Assembly: GCF_001194135.2 (NCBI RefSeq)
Contig: NC_068982.1
Coordinates: forward strand, 168,767,307 to 168,831,306
From: Octopus bimaculoides
Taxonomy: Eukaryota
DNA length: 64,000 nt
Direction of reading: 5' to 3'
The notes below the pieces were generated by a model. The model searched no databases, was not told the origin of the DNA, and saw nothing but the letters and a program-made list of their open reading frames with translations. Below, piece by piece: positions 26,550 through 38,399 of the stretch; the first letter of the stretch is position 1, and every line of letters starts with the position of its first letter. The translations under genes and the position numbers were made by a program.

Positions 26550-26805
26550 AACAACAAACAAGATGAGGACGAATATCCGTCAAATGTAAATAATGTAAAT
26601 AATGTAAATAATTCCTCATCTCTTAAATATAGAACTGTATAAATCCCATAAAACTCAACAATTTAGTTAAAAATGGAGAAGAGAAGTTGTTAAAATATAT
26701 GAGAATTTTAATTCATGCAGACGATCGTTTCGTACAGAGATATAAAAAAATGCAGATTCGTGATTGAATTGAATTGAATTAATTAAATAGGTATAGATAT
26801 ATATA

Positions 26806-27909
26806 GTGCCCCGCTGTGATATGGTGGGCCCTCAGTAGACTAGGAATTGACGAGTGAAAGCTGTACAGGACATGTACAAAGACACTGTTAGTAAGTTGAG
26901 AGTTAACCACGAGTACAGCGAAGAATTTGATGTACAGGTAGGGATCCATAAAAGACAAGTCCTTAGTCCCCTCCTTTTCATCATTGTCCTCGAGGCCATG
27001 ACAGAGGAATTCAAGACCAACAGCCTCTGAGAACTTTTATATCATGGTGATCTGGCCTTCATAGCAGATTCCAAGAAATTTCAAGTGTAGAAGCAAAACA
27101 TGGAATCTAGGGGCCTCAAGGTTAACTCAGCAAAGATTAATGCCCTAGTAAGCAAGAAAACTGACAGAACCATATCTTCCTCAGGTAGGTGGCCAAATTC
27201 GATTTGTACGAAAGATGTAGGCAGGAACTCCATACGGTTTACCCAGTTTAAGCCATGGTCATACAAGAAGTGCAGTGGATTAATAAGAAGGTTATCAGAG
27301 AAGATAGTTTTCGTAAGTGGAAGATGGATGCACAGGATCCATAAAAACTTCAGAGACTCGGGAAATTTATTCTCTCAAGTGCTCTGGTGGCTCATTAGAG
27401 GTAGCAGATAATTTCTGCTAACTATAGGACCAAATTAATAGCGTGGTTGGATGCATGGAGTGTGATAGCTAGAATAAGAATAAGATGGAGGAAATTCACA
27501 GAAAGGTTTCTCTCTCCGGATGAAAGGAAGATTGTATGATGCATGTATAAGGACAGCAATTCTACATGGTAGTGAAACGTGGGCCCTGAATGCAGAGGAC
27601 ATACGAAGGCTAGAAAGAAATGAGGGTAGTATTTTCCGCTGGATGTGTAATGTAAATGTACATATTCGACAGAGTGCTTTAAGAGAGAAGTTAGGCATCA
27701 AAAGGAATTAGTTGCTGTGTGCAAGAAAGAAGACTGCGCTAGTTTGGTCATGTGACGCGGATGGACAGCTCCACAAAGAAGTGTCTATCTCTCAAAGTAG
27801 ATGGGACACAAGGAAATGGAAGACCCAACAAGATATGGATGAAGTGCAGAACCTTTCAGGTGAGATGACAAAGGACCGAGATGCCTGACACGTTGCTGTA
27901 CTAAACAAC
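26806..27909 (+). mobile_element. Decayed RTE-like LINE, RT and C-terminal region
   Basis: VKAVQDMYKD..VQVGIHKRQVLSPLLFIIVLEAM..ELLYHGDLAFIA..GLKVNSAK..KGRLYDACIRTAILHGSETWAL..RLERNE, with stops and frameshifts. Confidence 0.85.
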
Positions 27910-28444
27910 ATATATATATATATATATANNNNNNNNNNNNNNNNNNNNNNNNNNNNNNNNNNNNNNNNNNNNNNNNNNNNNNNNNNNNNNNNNNNNNNNN
28001 NNNNNNNNNNNNNNNNNNNNNNNNNNNNNNNNNNNNNNNNNNNNNNNNNNNNNNNNNNNNNNNNNNNNNNNNNNNNNNNNNNNNNNNNNNNNNNNNNNNN
28101 NNNNNNNNNNNNNNNNNNNNNNNNNNNNNNNNNNNNNNNNNNNNNNNNNNNNNNNNNNNNNNNNNNNNNNNNNNNNNNNNNNNNNNNNNNNNNNNNNNNN
28201 NNNNNNNNNNNNNNNNNNNNNNNNNNNNNNNNNNNNNNNNNNNNNNNNNNNNNNNNNNNNNNNNNNNNNNNNNNNNNNNNNNNNNTTACCGAAATCATCA
28301 GGAATGTTGTGTTAAGTTGATCAGAAAACTGTTACTGGTTTGAATGCATAGAGATAATGAGAAAAAATACACTACGTAGAATAGTATGACAAAAACAACG
28401 ACAAATATATGAATAACTAAGAATAAGGATACATATATACAAAC

Positions 28445-28509
<65 letters not shown>

Positions 28510-28876
28510 CATAGATAGATAGATATGTGGTTTAGAGTCAAGATTTGACTGCTATTTTCAGCGTGGCGGTATCTCTTAGTTACTCTATGTTATAATTTTA
28601 GATAATTGTTACTTTTGGTGGTTTTTATTCCCATGCTGGCCACTTGATAAAATCGATATTTTATATATCGATCTTATCCTTATTTATATAAATTTATTTC
28701 GTCATTATATTTACTGCGGTGATATTCTGACCATATCGCACGAGGAGTTTTTTAGGCGGGCAATTTAAACTGGTCGTCTGCATACGTGCAGATATATGTA
28801 TACGTTCGTATGTGTAAGTATATCGTATGTTTATATATATATATATATATTTGTATTTATGTGCTTTTCTGAGTGT

Positions 28877-28934
28877 ATTCCACTGATGAGGCAAAGCATT
28901 TCTTATGCAAAGCCAGAAATCCGGGATCTGCAAT
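28877..28934 (+). ncRNA. Type I hammerhead-like motif (family D)
   Basis: attcca-CTGATGA(28883-28889)-ggc[aaagca tttctta tgcaaa]gcc-a-GAAA(28916-28919)-tccgggat-C-tgcaat. Stem I is 5/6 paired, helix III is the near-palindrome ATCCGGGAT, triplet AUC, with one extra A before GAAA. Confidence 0.6.
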
Positions 28935-29139
28935 TATCCAGTAATTTTTGCTAGCTTATTTTGTCTTCGTCTTCGCTCTCTGTGCTATATGAACATTTAT
29001 TGTGGTTTAGAGTCGAGATTTGACTGCTATTTTCAGCGTGACGGTATCTCTTAGATACCCTATATTATAATCCCCACATTTTCATACTTTCACACCTACA
29101 TACACACATGCATACGTTAAGATCACCAGCATTCTCTCA

Positions 29140-29413
29140 CACACACGCACCTTCGTTTTGGGATCACTACTACTTGTTATCTCCCCTTCTTCTTAACTCC
29201 CCTGTGTGAGCCTTCTGTCCGGCATTCGCCATGATAGATCGCTGACCACTACACATATCTTTTTCTCTCCTTGTTTCTTTTTGTGTTCCTTTCTGTTGAA
29301 GTGCGTAGGCTCGAAACGTTAAAGACTTTCTCTATTCCCGAGCGTTATACTAATACATCCATTTGTTGTTTACACCACCTGTCTTCGTCTGTTGGTGTTT
29401 CGTGAATTCTCCC
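29140..29413 (+). mobile_element. PLE-type terminal-repeat element (family B) ending at (TA)n, with HHR-like motif at 29289-29324
   Basis: Shared with 33753-33888 (-), 48446-48640 (-) and 63156-63313 (+). Motif cttt-CTGTTGA-a-gtgc(gtag)gctc-GAAA-cgtt-aaag. Confidence 0.7.
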
Positions 29414-29421
29414 TATATATA

Positions 29422-29457
<36 letters not shown>

Positions 29458-29938
29458 TGTATGTGTATTCATCATTAATATGATTTTCACTGTTGAATTT
29501 CGTTTTCGGAGAACATCACCCTTCAGAGACAATGTGCGCGTGTTGAGAATACACATGGTTCAGTAACGTAGCGGACTCTGAGACGTCAGTGTTTCGGCAT
29601 CATTGTGCCTTCTAAGTCAGAGACACCACTTGGAATTCTGAAGTTAAGAAAGTTAGCTAACAAAATATTTTCTGATACGCGCTAAACGCTGCCAAGCTGA
29701 TATTAAATTACTGTGCACATGCAATGCAGCTACATTCAAGACAATGATGCGTATATTTATTCTAAACACGTTCCGATAGATTTGGACGAGAATGTACTTT
29801 TCGCTCTTTTGCATATTCACGTCGAAATCAGCCGAGAATGTTAAGAATTAACATATATTATTGGTTTGTTTCTCGCTTCTTAGCTAGCTGTTAATAACTT
29901 GCAAAATATACATGTATTTATCTATGTATATATTTATG

Positions 29939-30014
<76 letters not shown>

Positions 30015-30409
30015 TTGAGCTGGTCACCTGATGTTAGGTAAATTCTGGCCATGATCGGTCTCGGTATTGATTTAATCTGATGCAAAAAAAAAACACGTAA
30101 GATATTTAAAAATAATATATGTATTATGCATACACATAAAATAATATTATAGAGACTACTGAAAAATATTATTGAACTGGAGATATATAATATATGATTA
30201 ATACATAATGCATAAATACAACCTAAATCTTCTTCAGCAGGGAGACATGGCTACGTCTCGAGGAATGTAATAAATGGTTATTTAAAATTTTTCGGAGATT
30301 TTTAATACGCTTAACCAGCATTACATTATGGTAATTCTAAAAAATAATTGAACCAATTGAAATAACTCAAATTTATCAATCCCATGAATATGGATATATT
30401 CTTTTCTAC

Positions 30410-30890
30410 TTTAGGCACGAGAAACTGAAATTTTGGGGGAGGGGGGGCAATCGATTAGATCTACCAGAGTACGTAACTGGTACTTAATTCATCGACCTCG
30501 AAAGGATGAAAGGCAAAGTCGACCTCAGTGGAATTTGAACTCAGGACGCAAAAACAGACGAAGCACCGCTAAGTATTACGCCCGGCGTGCAAACGTTTCT
30601 TATTTCTTTACTTCCCACAAGGGGCTACACACAGAGGGAACAAACAAAGGCAGACAAAAGGATTATGTCGATTACACCGACCCCAGTGCGTAACTGGTAC
30701 TTGATTTATCGACCCCGAAAGGATGAAAGGCAAAGTCGACCTCGGTGGAAATCGAACTCACAACGTAGCNNNNNNNNNNAGGCAAAGTCGACCTCGGTGG
30801 AAATCGAACTCACAACGTAGCGGCAGACGAAATACAGCTAAGCATTTCGCCCGGTGTGCTAACGTTTCTGCCAGCTCGCCAACTTGTAAA
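30410..30890 (-). mobile_element. Cluster of tRNA-derived SINEs with a Deu/Nin-like central domain (3-4 partial copies)
   Basis: Repeated ctggtacttaattcatcgacc..gaaaggatgaaaggcaaagtcgacctc..gaatttgaactcag; same family as 47290-48190. Confidence 0.8.
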
Positions 30891-30949
30891 TGCGAATATA
30901 TTGAAAGGCATTATACTGACTTCGATCTTCTTTCATTTAAGATTCTTTT

Positions 30950-32700
30950 GCATACAGCATTCATTACAACACCCATTAGGTACTTCGACATATATCATTG
31001 GTCTACTCTATTGATTTCCCTTAACTTATTAATTTCAAATATGCAAATTACACTGCCGAAATTTATTTGTAACTGTTCTCTTTCTGCTGATTACTTGAAC
31101 AGTTTATATTATGCTGATGCGTTCTGGTTCTTCGAAACAGGCCCACAGTTGTTCCTTATCTGCAGTGATCAGACTTTATTCCCTTCATGCAAGTAAATTA
31201 ACTTTAAGAGATTAATTCTTAATTTATTGACATGAACTCCCCTTTTCTCTCACACCTGCTACTAGATTTGTGGTTTTCTTTTCCAAGGAGGAGGCAAAGT
31301 TCAGTTAAAACTATTTTGTATATTGCAGTCAGTACATCATCACATAACATATATAAAGCTATAGCGTCCTAAGATTTGTTTGGTTTTTGTTTTTTGTGTT
31401 TTTTTAGTTCTAAGTTTTCGTTTACTGAATTCTTCGAAAGACACCCGCATATATTTTGAGAAATATATATAATTTATATTTCAGAGAAGTTAAATTCGAA
31501 AATGCTGATGTACTTTGCGTAAAGGGCAAGTCTTCAAATTCCTGGACATCTTAACTTAGAATTTACACTTTGTGCTTAACGTATTCCGCCTCACGTGTGT
31601 ATATAACACTGCTCAGTTCGAATATATTTTATCTGTGCTCCGGCTGAAGTAAGGTTTAGTTGTGCTTTGTATACCTCTAGCTAGTTGACACATGATACTA
31701 CTAACATACGTCAAAATTAGGTAAGACAATACCCCTACTTAATTACTATTCAAACTCAACAAATTAATTACTACTGGGAATTCTCAAAAAGCAACTACCC
31801 TTTCTCATATAGATAAGAGTGTTTGCCTTTGCATAGTTCTGACATCACTATGAGGATACACATAAAAAATAACCCTATTTTTGTAATACATTTGCCTTTT
31901 ACCATAATAACAAATAGATTGATTTTATCGCCTTTACAAATTACAATTCTCTTGTTCTTTTTCAAGTCCTGTAAAGCTAGCTTAAGATTCTAGTTAAACA
32001 AGCTTTTGTTTATATCTCTACTTATTTTCTTTACACACGAATAAATTTTGCAATTTCTTGTCAATTTATTATACTTTTATCGCTAAGAGTCTCTCGAGAC
32101 TGAATAATCAAGTTGGACTTTTTATGTTTTGGTAATATTTTTCTTTGTGCCAAGATTGAAAATTGTAAATTGATCCGGGCTGAGAGTGTGATGGGAGAGG
32201 TTAAAGACTTTATCTTCTTGTTTTGACAAGCATTTCCGTAATGTAAAAGTGCTAAAATTCATTAAATTGTTGTTCCTTAAACGAGGTGAAAGTGATGTCT
32301 GTACATTATTAAAAGTTGAGAAAATATTGTCGAGTAAATGTTAAACACGTAAAATAAACCATTGATTCTTCAGAAGTTAATAGATGTATAACTTTAAATC
32401 AGGTGTTGATGATTCTATCAGTTGTAACAAATCTTTGATGCGCTGCACGCAAACATCACGACAGACTTTGCCTGAACTCTTCTCAGTTTATTAAAGAAAG
32501 CTTTTCTCATCAGTTCATTAGCAAACTGTTAAAACATAAAATAAATGTTAGTGGCACGACCAGCAATATACTGAAGTGAATTCGTATGTTGGGTTGTTCG
32601 TTATCTTCTCTGCATTGTAAGATGTTAACACGAACAACCTCCAATTCAAGTTTTGATTGGATAATCACATATAGTGCATTATTTCAAAAGATTCTGTTGT
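30950..32700 (-). mobile_element. Ancient, internally deleted Penelope-like element ORF remnant
   Basis: Minus strand DKVFNLSHHTLSPDQFTIFNLG and NLKLALQDLKKNKRIVICKGDKINLFVIM resemble the PLE pre-RT motifs VVNLS..LS..E..LL.KG and AL..LK....IVI..ADKG...VVM. GSVICIFE is a weak GIY-YIG remnant. Confidence 0.55.
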
Positions 32701-32815
32701 TTAAATGTTTATTATTCATTTATACTGGACAAATGTGAATTTCCTCATGTGAAACTCTACATACAACGCAGAGTAGATAATTTAAACAATTAAATCGAAG
32801 GATATTAAGTGAAAA

Positions 32816-32897
32816 ACCCTGAAGAAACTGCACCGGTATTATAGTAGGGATGCCATTTCAACGGTTACTAATCGGTGCCGTTGAAACATATGTAGGT
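32816..32897 (+). ncRNA. Type I hammerhead ribozyme motif with long stem II (family E)
   Basis: acc-CTGAAGA(32819-32825)-aactgcaccgg..35-nt loop..tcggtgccgtt (10/11 paired)-GAAA(32883-32886)-catatgt-A-ggt; perfect palindromic helix III ACATATGT, GUA triplet. Confidence 0.75.
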
Positions 32898-33049
32898 CTA
32901 TGTAAAGCTGTGTATATATAAAAAGAATGCTATGCAACTTCGTAATAATCTGTATTATTACTGTTGATATCATATACTCCAGCAAACCTATATCGTCAAG
33001 ATAATATATTCAGAATTATCCAACGGAATATATCTCTAAATTCTTATAT

Positions 33050-33098
<49 letters not shown>

Positions 33099-33752
33099 AA
33101 TTAGTTGTATAATAGTATAAGAAGTGCATTCAAAAATTCGTGTCGCTGTCACAGGAACCTCCTCTTACTGACTCGGCTATCTTTCCACATAGTAATCAAT
33201 CAAAGTGCAAAGTAGAGTGTCCATGTAACTGAAAAATCTAGAAAATCAGAGTGATGAAATCATTTCAAGAGATTTATATAAAAACAAAGTCAAAAATATA
33301 CAAAATTTCCTCTAAATCTACACTGAAAATTTCCTCTTTATATAAACAATGAATGAATGGTCAAAACTAGACAATTTAATTTTGTCAGATTTCGGCCTTC
33401 TATACAATGTATAAGCAAAGAGTAAATTTTATGGATGTATCCAGAGTAGAATTGTTGATGTAACCTTGATGTTCCTTTAATCTAATGATTAAAGGAGTAT
33501 TTTATTGGCATTATTTTTTGAATTTACAATCGTATCGTATAACATACTGAAATTAATACTACATAAAGAAGGTTGCCAAATAGTCGTAATTCTATAGAAG
33601 TTAAGTGGTTAAGTAAATATATATTCACCTCTCTTACCTCCTGACTTTATGTTCATATATATATATGTGTGCGTGTGTGTTATATATATAAAACAAAGAC
33701 ATATATATCATATATATAAATAATAAAGATATATATCTATTATATATATATA

Positions 33753-33888
33753 GTTGAAATTTACAGAAAAACAAAAGACGAAGACAGGCTTATAAACAAC
33801 AAGCAGGTGTAGTAGTTTGACGCTCGGAAAAGTGAGAAAGTCTTTTACGTTTTGAGCCTTCGCTCTTCAACAGAAAGGAAAACAAAGA
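33753..33888 (-). mobile_element. Family B copy in a (TA)-rich site; HHR-like motif 33842-33877 with G12 to A
   Basis: Minus strand cttt-CTGTTGA-a-gagc(gaag)gctc-aAAA-cgta-aaag. Confidence 0.7.
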
Positions 33889-33909
33889 TATATATGTGAG
33901 TTTTATATG

Positions 33910-33946
<37 letters not shown>

Positions 33947-35359
33947 TCCATGAGTGACACTGTTCATGTGACGGTGAGAATATATTTTCTTACAACTGTA
34001 TTATAGGTGAATAACTCCAATTTCTAAATACAGTATTCTATATAATGTTTATTTCGCATTACTACATTTAAAGAACGGAAATTGACACGACTACAGTAAC
34101 CATATTATAAGTAATAAATGTATCCAAGAACAATATTAACAGAACAGTATATGAATTAATAGCTTTTTTTCAATGTTCAAAATGTATCAATAATGTACAA
34201 TCGGTATACTCTATTACGTTAAAATCAGAACACTCTATTACGTTAAAATACAGTTTACAACAATTCCTTTTCTCACAAGACAGAAAAAGCTTCAAGTTAA
34301 CTTCTATAAATATTAAACGCCTTCACATTCTTCGGTATTGTGAGGTGAATAGCCAACAGAACGTTAATATTTTCAAAATGAATCTTCATACATGTTAAAA
34401 GATTTTGTGACGTAATGGAAGCTGTCAATTAGAGAAAATTTCACGGATATTGTATTTTTTTTTTCTTCGTTACTATGATGTATTGCACCTTTTTAACATT
34501 AGGATTGGAGTATTTGATTTGCGGAACTCGTTTACTTGTTGCTTGTGGTATTTACTTGTTGCTTATGGTATATGTGTTATGAAACTTTTCTTTTCTGGCA
34601 AATACAAACGGAAGTAAAATGTGTGCTTTGGCTAAAAATCTCTAATTGTTACAAATACATCGTTTTGTTTACATTCACAACTTCGTTAGTGACGTCATGA
34701 AAAGACGCATTTTCAAGTTTTATTGACACATGAAACGCCTAGCAACAGAGATATCCAATCAAATAAGTCAAGTTATGTTATAATATTATTGGGCAGATTA
34801 CTTTTGTTATTTCGTAATAATCATTACGTAATGTGGTTATTTTGTGTCTTAACTGTTTGCTTTGCTTAACAACCATTTTGTTTGCTGTTTACATCTTAGA
34901 AATGTGTTCTGCAGTGGTTAAGGAAGAAAAATATATAAAAGTAATTGAGTTCGAATCTTCGACACAGTACATTTACTACACATAGGCACACTCACATACG
35001 CACACACACACACACGCACAGAGTGAATGCGCAAAAATGTGTGTATATATGTGTATATGTGTCTGGATGTGTGCGAAAGATGTACGAAATGATTAATACA
35101 GCCTTGGACCAATTCGGAGAAATGTTTCTATATAAATAATATTGATTATTTTCCATATATAATCCCAACGCCGAGAATTTTTCTTTTCCCATGAATGAGT
35201 TCAGGATATTTTATTTTGCATGATTCATTTATATTTTGCTAAATTCAAAGCCTTGCAATGCAGAAGAAATGTATGTACTCACTACTTTCATCTGGTTCAT
35301 TTCTCCTTCCCGATCACGATTATATTTACCAGCATAAGTTCTACTAAAATCGCATTCAG

Positions 35360-36118
35360 TATTATTGATACAAGTTTGTTACCAGTTCAAATATGTTTGA
35401 GACATATTCGAACCTGTAAGAGAGCCATCCACTGTATTTTGTCATGGCGAAATTTCTCGCTGTAGACAAATAGATGTAAATACAGCGAGTCTGCTCATAG
35501 TGTCCTCTAACCAAACTGATGAATGCATGCGTTTTGGAATGATCATCTTCTATTTAGTAAAAGAGACCAGAATGGCAGACGTAGTGAACTGACACGAGAG
35601 ACAGGTTCCTTCTTATGATGTGTGAGCTGACTCAGTGTATTTATACTTATTTGTCTACAGCCAGAAATTTTCTCTTTCAAAATACAGTGAATGGTTCGAA
35701 TATGCTTCAAGCAGATTTGAAATGGTAACAGGTTTGTACTTATAAACATCACTGCTTAGCGCTGTCACCCTATATTCCATTTACGACAATCCAGTGAATA
35801 GCGCAACCAGTCATTGAACGATGACGGGAATAGCCTAAGAGGGATCTATCTGTTTGTCATGTCAGTTCGCAACGTCTGCTTTTCCGGCCTTTGTTGCTGA
35901 AGAGGCGTTAACCACTCTGAAACGAATGCATCCGACAGTCTTGTGACGGGGCGCTGTGAGTTTACTCGGTATATTTACACCTATTTGTCTACAACAAGGA
36001 ATGATCTCTATGACAAAATACAGTAAATGGTTTTCTTACGGGCTCGAATATGCCTCATGCATATTTGAACTGTTAATAAGTTTGTATTCAAACAACTCGC
36101 TGCTTAGAGTTGTCACCT
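35360..36118. mobile_element. Three copies of a PLE-type terminal repeat (family C): one inverted (35360-35545) and two direct (35625-35770, 35890-36118)
   Basis: Shared actc..gtatttacacctatttgtctaca..caaaatacagt..tcgaatatg..atttgaactg..aagtttgta. Degenerate HHR ttgttg-CTGAAGA(35897-35903)..GAAA(35919-35922)-cgaatgcatc-cgacag. Confidence 0.65.
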
Positions 36119-36553
36119 CGTAGTCAATATTTATTGGTTTTATTATGTAATTATTCTTCCATTTTACCTACGTAAAAACACATTTATTTGATATCCTTGT
36201 TCTATCCTTTACTACCGTTTGAAGATTAGAAACGTGAAACAAATAGTAGTCTTCCGTTTTCAATATACATACGTTAGATGATCCGACACTGCACAATCAC
36301 TACACACACGCATGTACTTACTGACACCACACACACACGCACAAATACACACACACATACACACACACACATACACACACACACATACACACACACACTC
36401 ACACTTAATATTCAAACAAAGCGAAAATACTCTAATGATACATTCGAAGATATGAGTGGGCGAATTGAAGTTTGAAATCTGAAGTTCAACAGTTCCGTGC
36501 AAGTTTAACAAAGCATACCACCTTCACACACACACACACATACACACACACAT

Positions 36554-36606
<53 letters not shown>

Positions 36607-37024
36607 TTATCACACAATCACACACTACTACCATGAACCAAATTAAATTTCATACATACACAAAGAATTATAAATATAAATAGTGAAGCAAAGTTCACCT
36701 AAGACACACAACTAAGAGCAAACAAGAAGAAATGTGATAGTCTGCATAAAACGAGTGGCATGCTCTCAACAATAAGGTCAAATGTGACAAACGAATTTTG
36801 ACAAAGTAATTGCTTATTTAATTAATTTACTATTTAATTAATTATACAAATAATTAGTAANNNNNNNNNNNNNNNNNNNNNNNNNNNNNNNNNNNNNNNN
36901 NNNNNNNNNNNNNNNNNNNNNNNNNNNNNNNNNNNNNNNNNNNNNNNNNNNNNNNNNNNNNNNNNNNNNNNNNNNNNNNNNNNNNNNNNNNNNNNNNNNN
37001 NNNNNNNNNNNNNNNNNNNNNNNN

Positions 37025-37056
<32 letters not shown>

Positions 37057-37467
37057 TTATGAATGAGAAAAAGAAGAAAATAGAAATTGACGTGTAGACA
37101 TCAGTTTATTCAAAGATATCCAAATCAATATAATCTGAAATTTTTATCTCTACAGCCGTTTACACATCCATTTAATTCAAATAGAGAAATTAAGTTAAAT
37201 TGATTTAAAATTTTTCATATTGGAAATGGTTAATTGGATATTTCATCAGGGGACGATTTCCAGAAAGGAGTTACATTCCAATGTGTTGGTCGGCCCTTGA
37301 CAGACTCAGGTGTGTACGTTTTGGTAAGGATAGGTTTAAAAAAAAACTTATGAGTATAAATATACAAACTTATAAACAAATATGTATGATATAGTGGTGT
37401 CTGTGCGTATGTTATACATAATAATTGTTATTGGTGGTGGTGTTGCAGTTAGGGTGAACTAGGTGTT

Positions 37468-37505
<38 letters not shown>

Positions 37506-37509
37506 AAAG

Positions 37510-37574
<65 letters not shown>

Positions 37575-38399
37575 TGGGTTGAAAGAGAGTAAGGGAGAGA
37601 GAGCAGTAACAATCGTCATGTAATTGCGCGTGCGTTTGTTAAAATATGGAAGCCAACAAAAAAATATGACGTATCAAAAGCTGCTAATTATTTATCACAT
37701 TATAGTATTGCGTTATCCATATTTGTGCGCAATAGTTATGGTCATTAGAACTATGCAAACAAAGGAAAACTTAAACGCTACCTAATACAATTGATAAAAA
37801 AAAATTATACAGGAAAAATAAAATTAACCAAAGCTAGAATCACTATAAATCACTACATTTACCTCTAAGTAAGTTTAATAAATTATATTGTAAAATATCA
37901 ACTACATGTTCATGAAAAACCTGCTTAATTGAATTTATAACAAACAACAATGATATTGTAACCTGTGAAGGAAACTGAATATACATCTTTTCCATTTAAT
38001 ATTTTTATATCAATATTATATCTATCTACTAAGCATCCTTTAATGCTTATATTTACAGATACTAGTGTAATAAAAGGTGAAATATTAATAGATTCAAATT
38101 TCAAGTAGTTTTAACATATAATTAATTATTTATAATGATATTATATCCGGTGGTAGTTTTTTCAGTACCCATAAACATATGTGAATACATGAAAAATCAG
38201 TTCCCTTCCTTGTATATAAGATGAAGTATTAAGATTTTAATATTAATATTTAATATAATATTTAATATCTATATGATATCTACTAAGAATTTTTTTAATT
38301 ATTTACATAAAATGTAAACTTGAAATACCGATCGATTCAAAGTACTAGTAGCTTTAACATATAATTGGTTTATTTATGATAATAAAATATCTAATGGTA

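Larger units (their letters stand above)
26226..26638 (+). mobile_element. Non-autonomous HHR-bearing PLE-type retroelement (family A, insertion 2): inverted 5' module, tRNA B-box remnant, (TAA)n, direct 3' module; 14-bp TSD
   Basis: ATAAATCCCATAAA at 26212-26225 and 26639-26652. 26226-26329 is the reverse complement of ~26500-26603 with one mismatch. gagttcgattc at ~26333-26343. Confidence 0.9.

Noticed and set aside
30723-30830. Repeated SINE core on both sides of a 10-nt gap
   Set aside because: Contig-overlap artefact.
34208-34570. Short local tandem duplications (18 bp at 34208/34232; ~20 bp at ~34530-34570)
   Set aside because: Ordinary slippage duplications with no further structure.
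37205-37252. CTGATGA..GAAA on the minus strand
   Set aside because: Only a 4-bp AT stem II and no stem I pairing.
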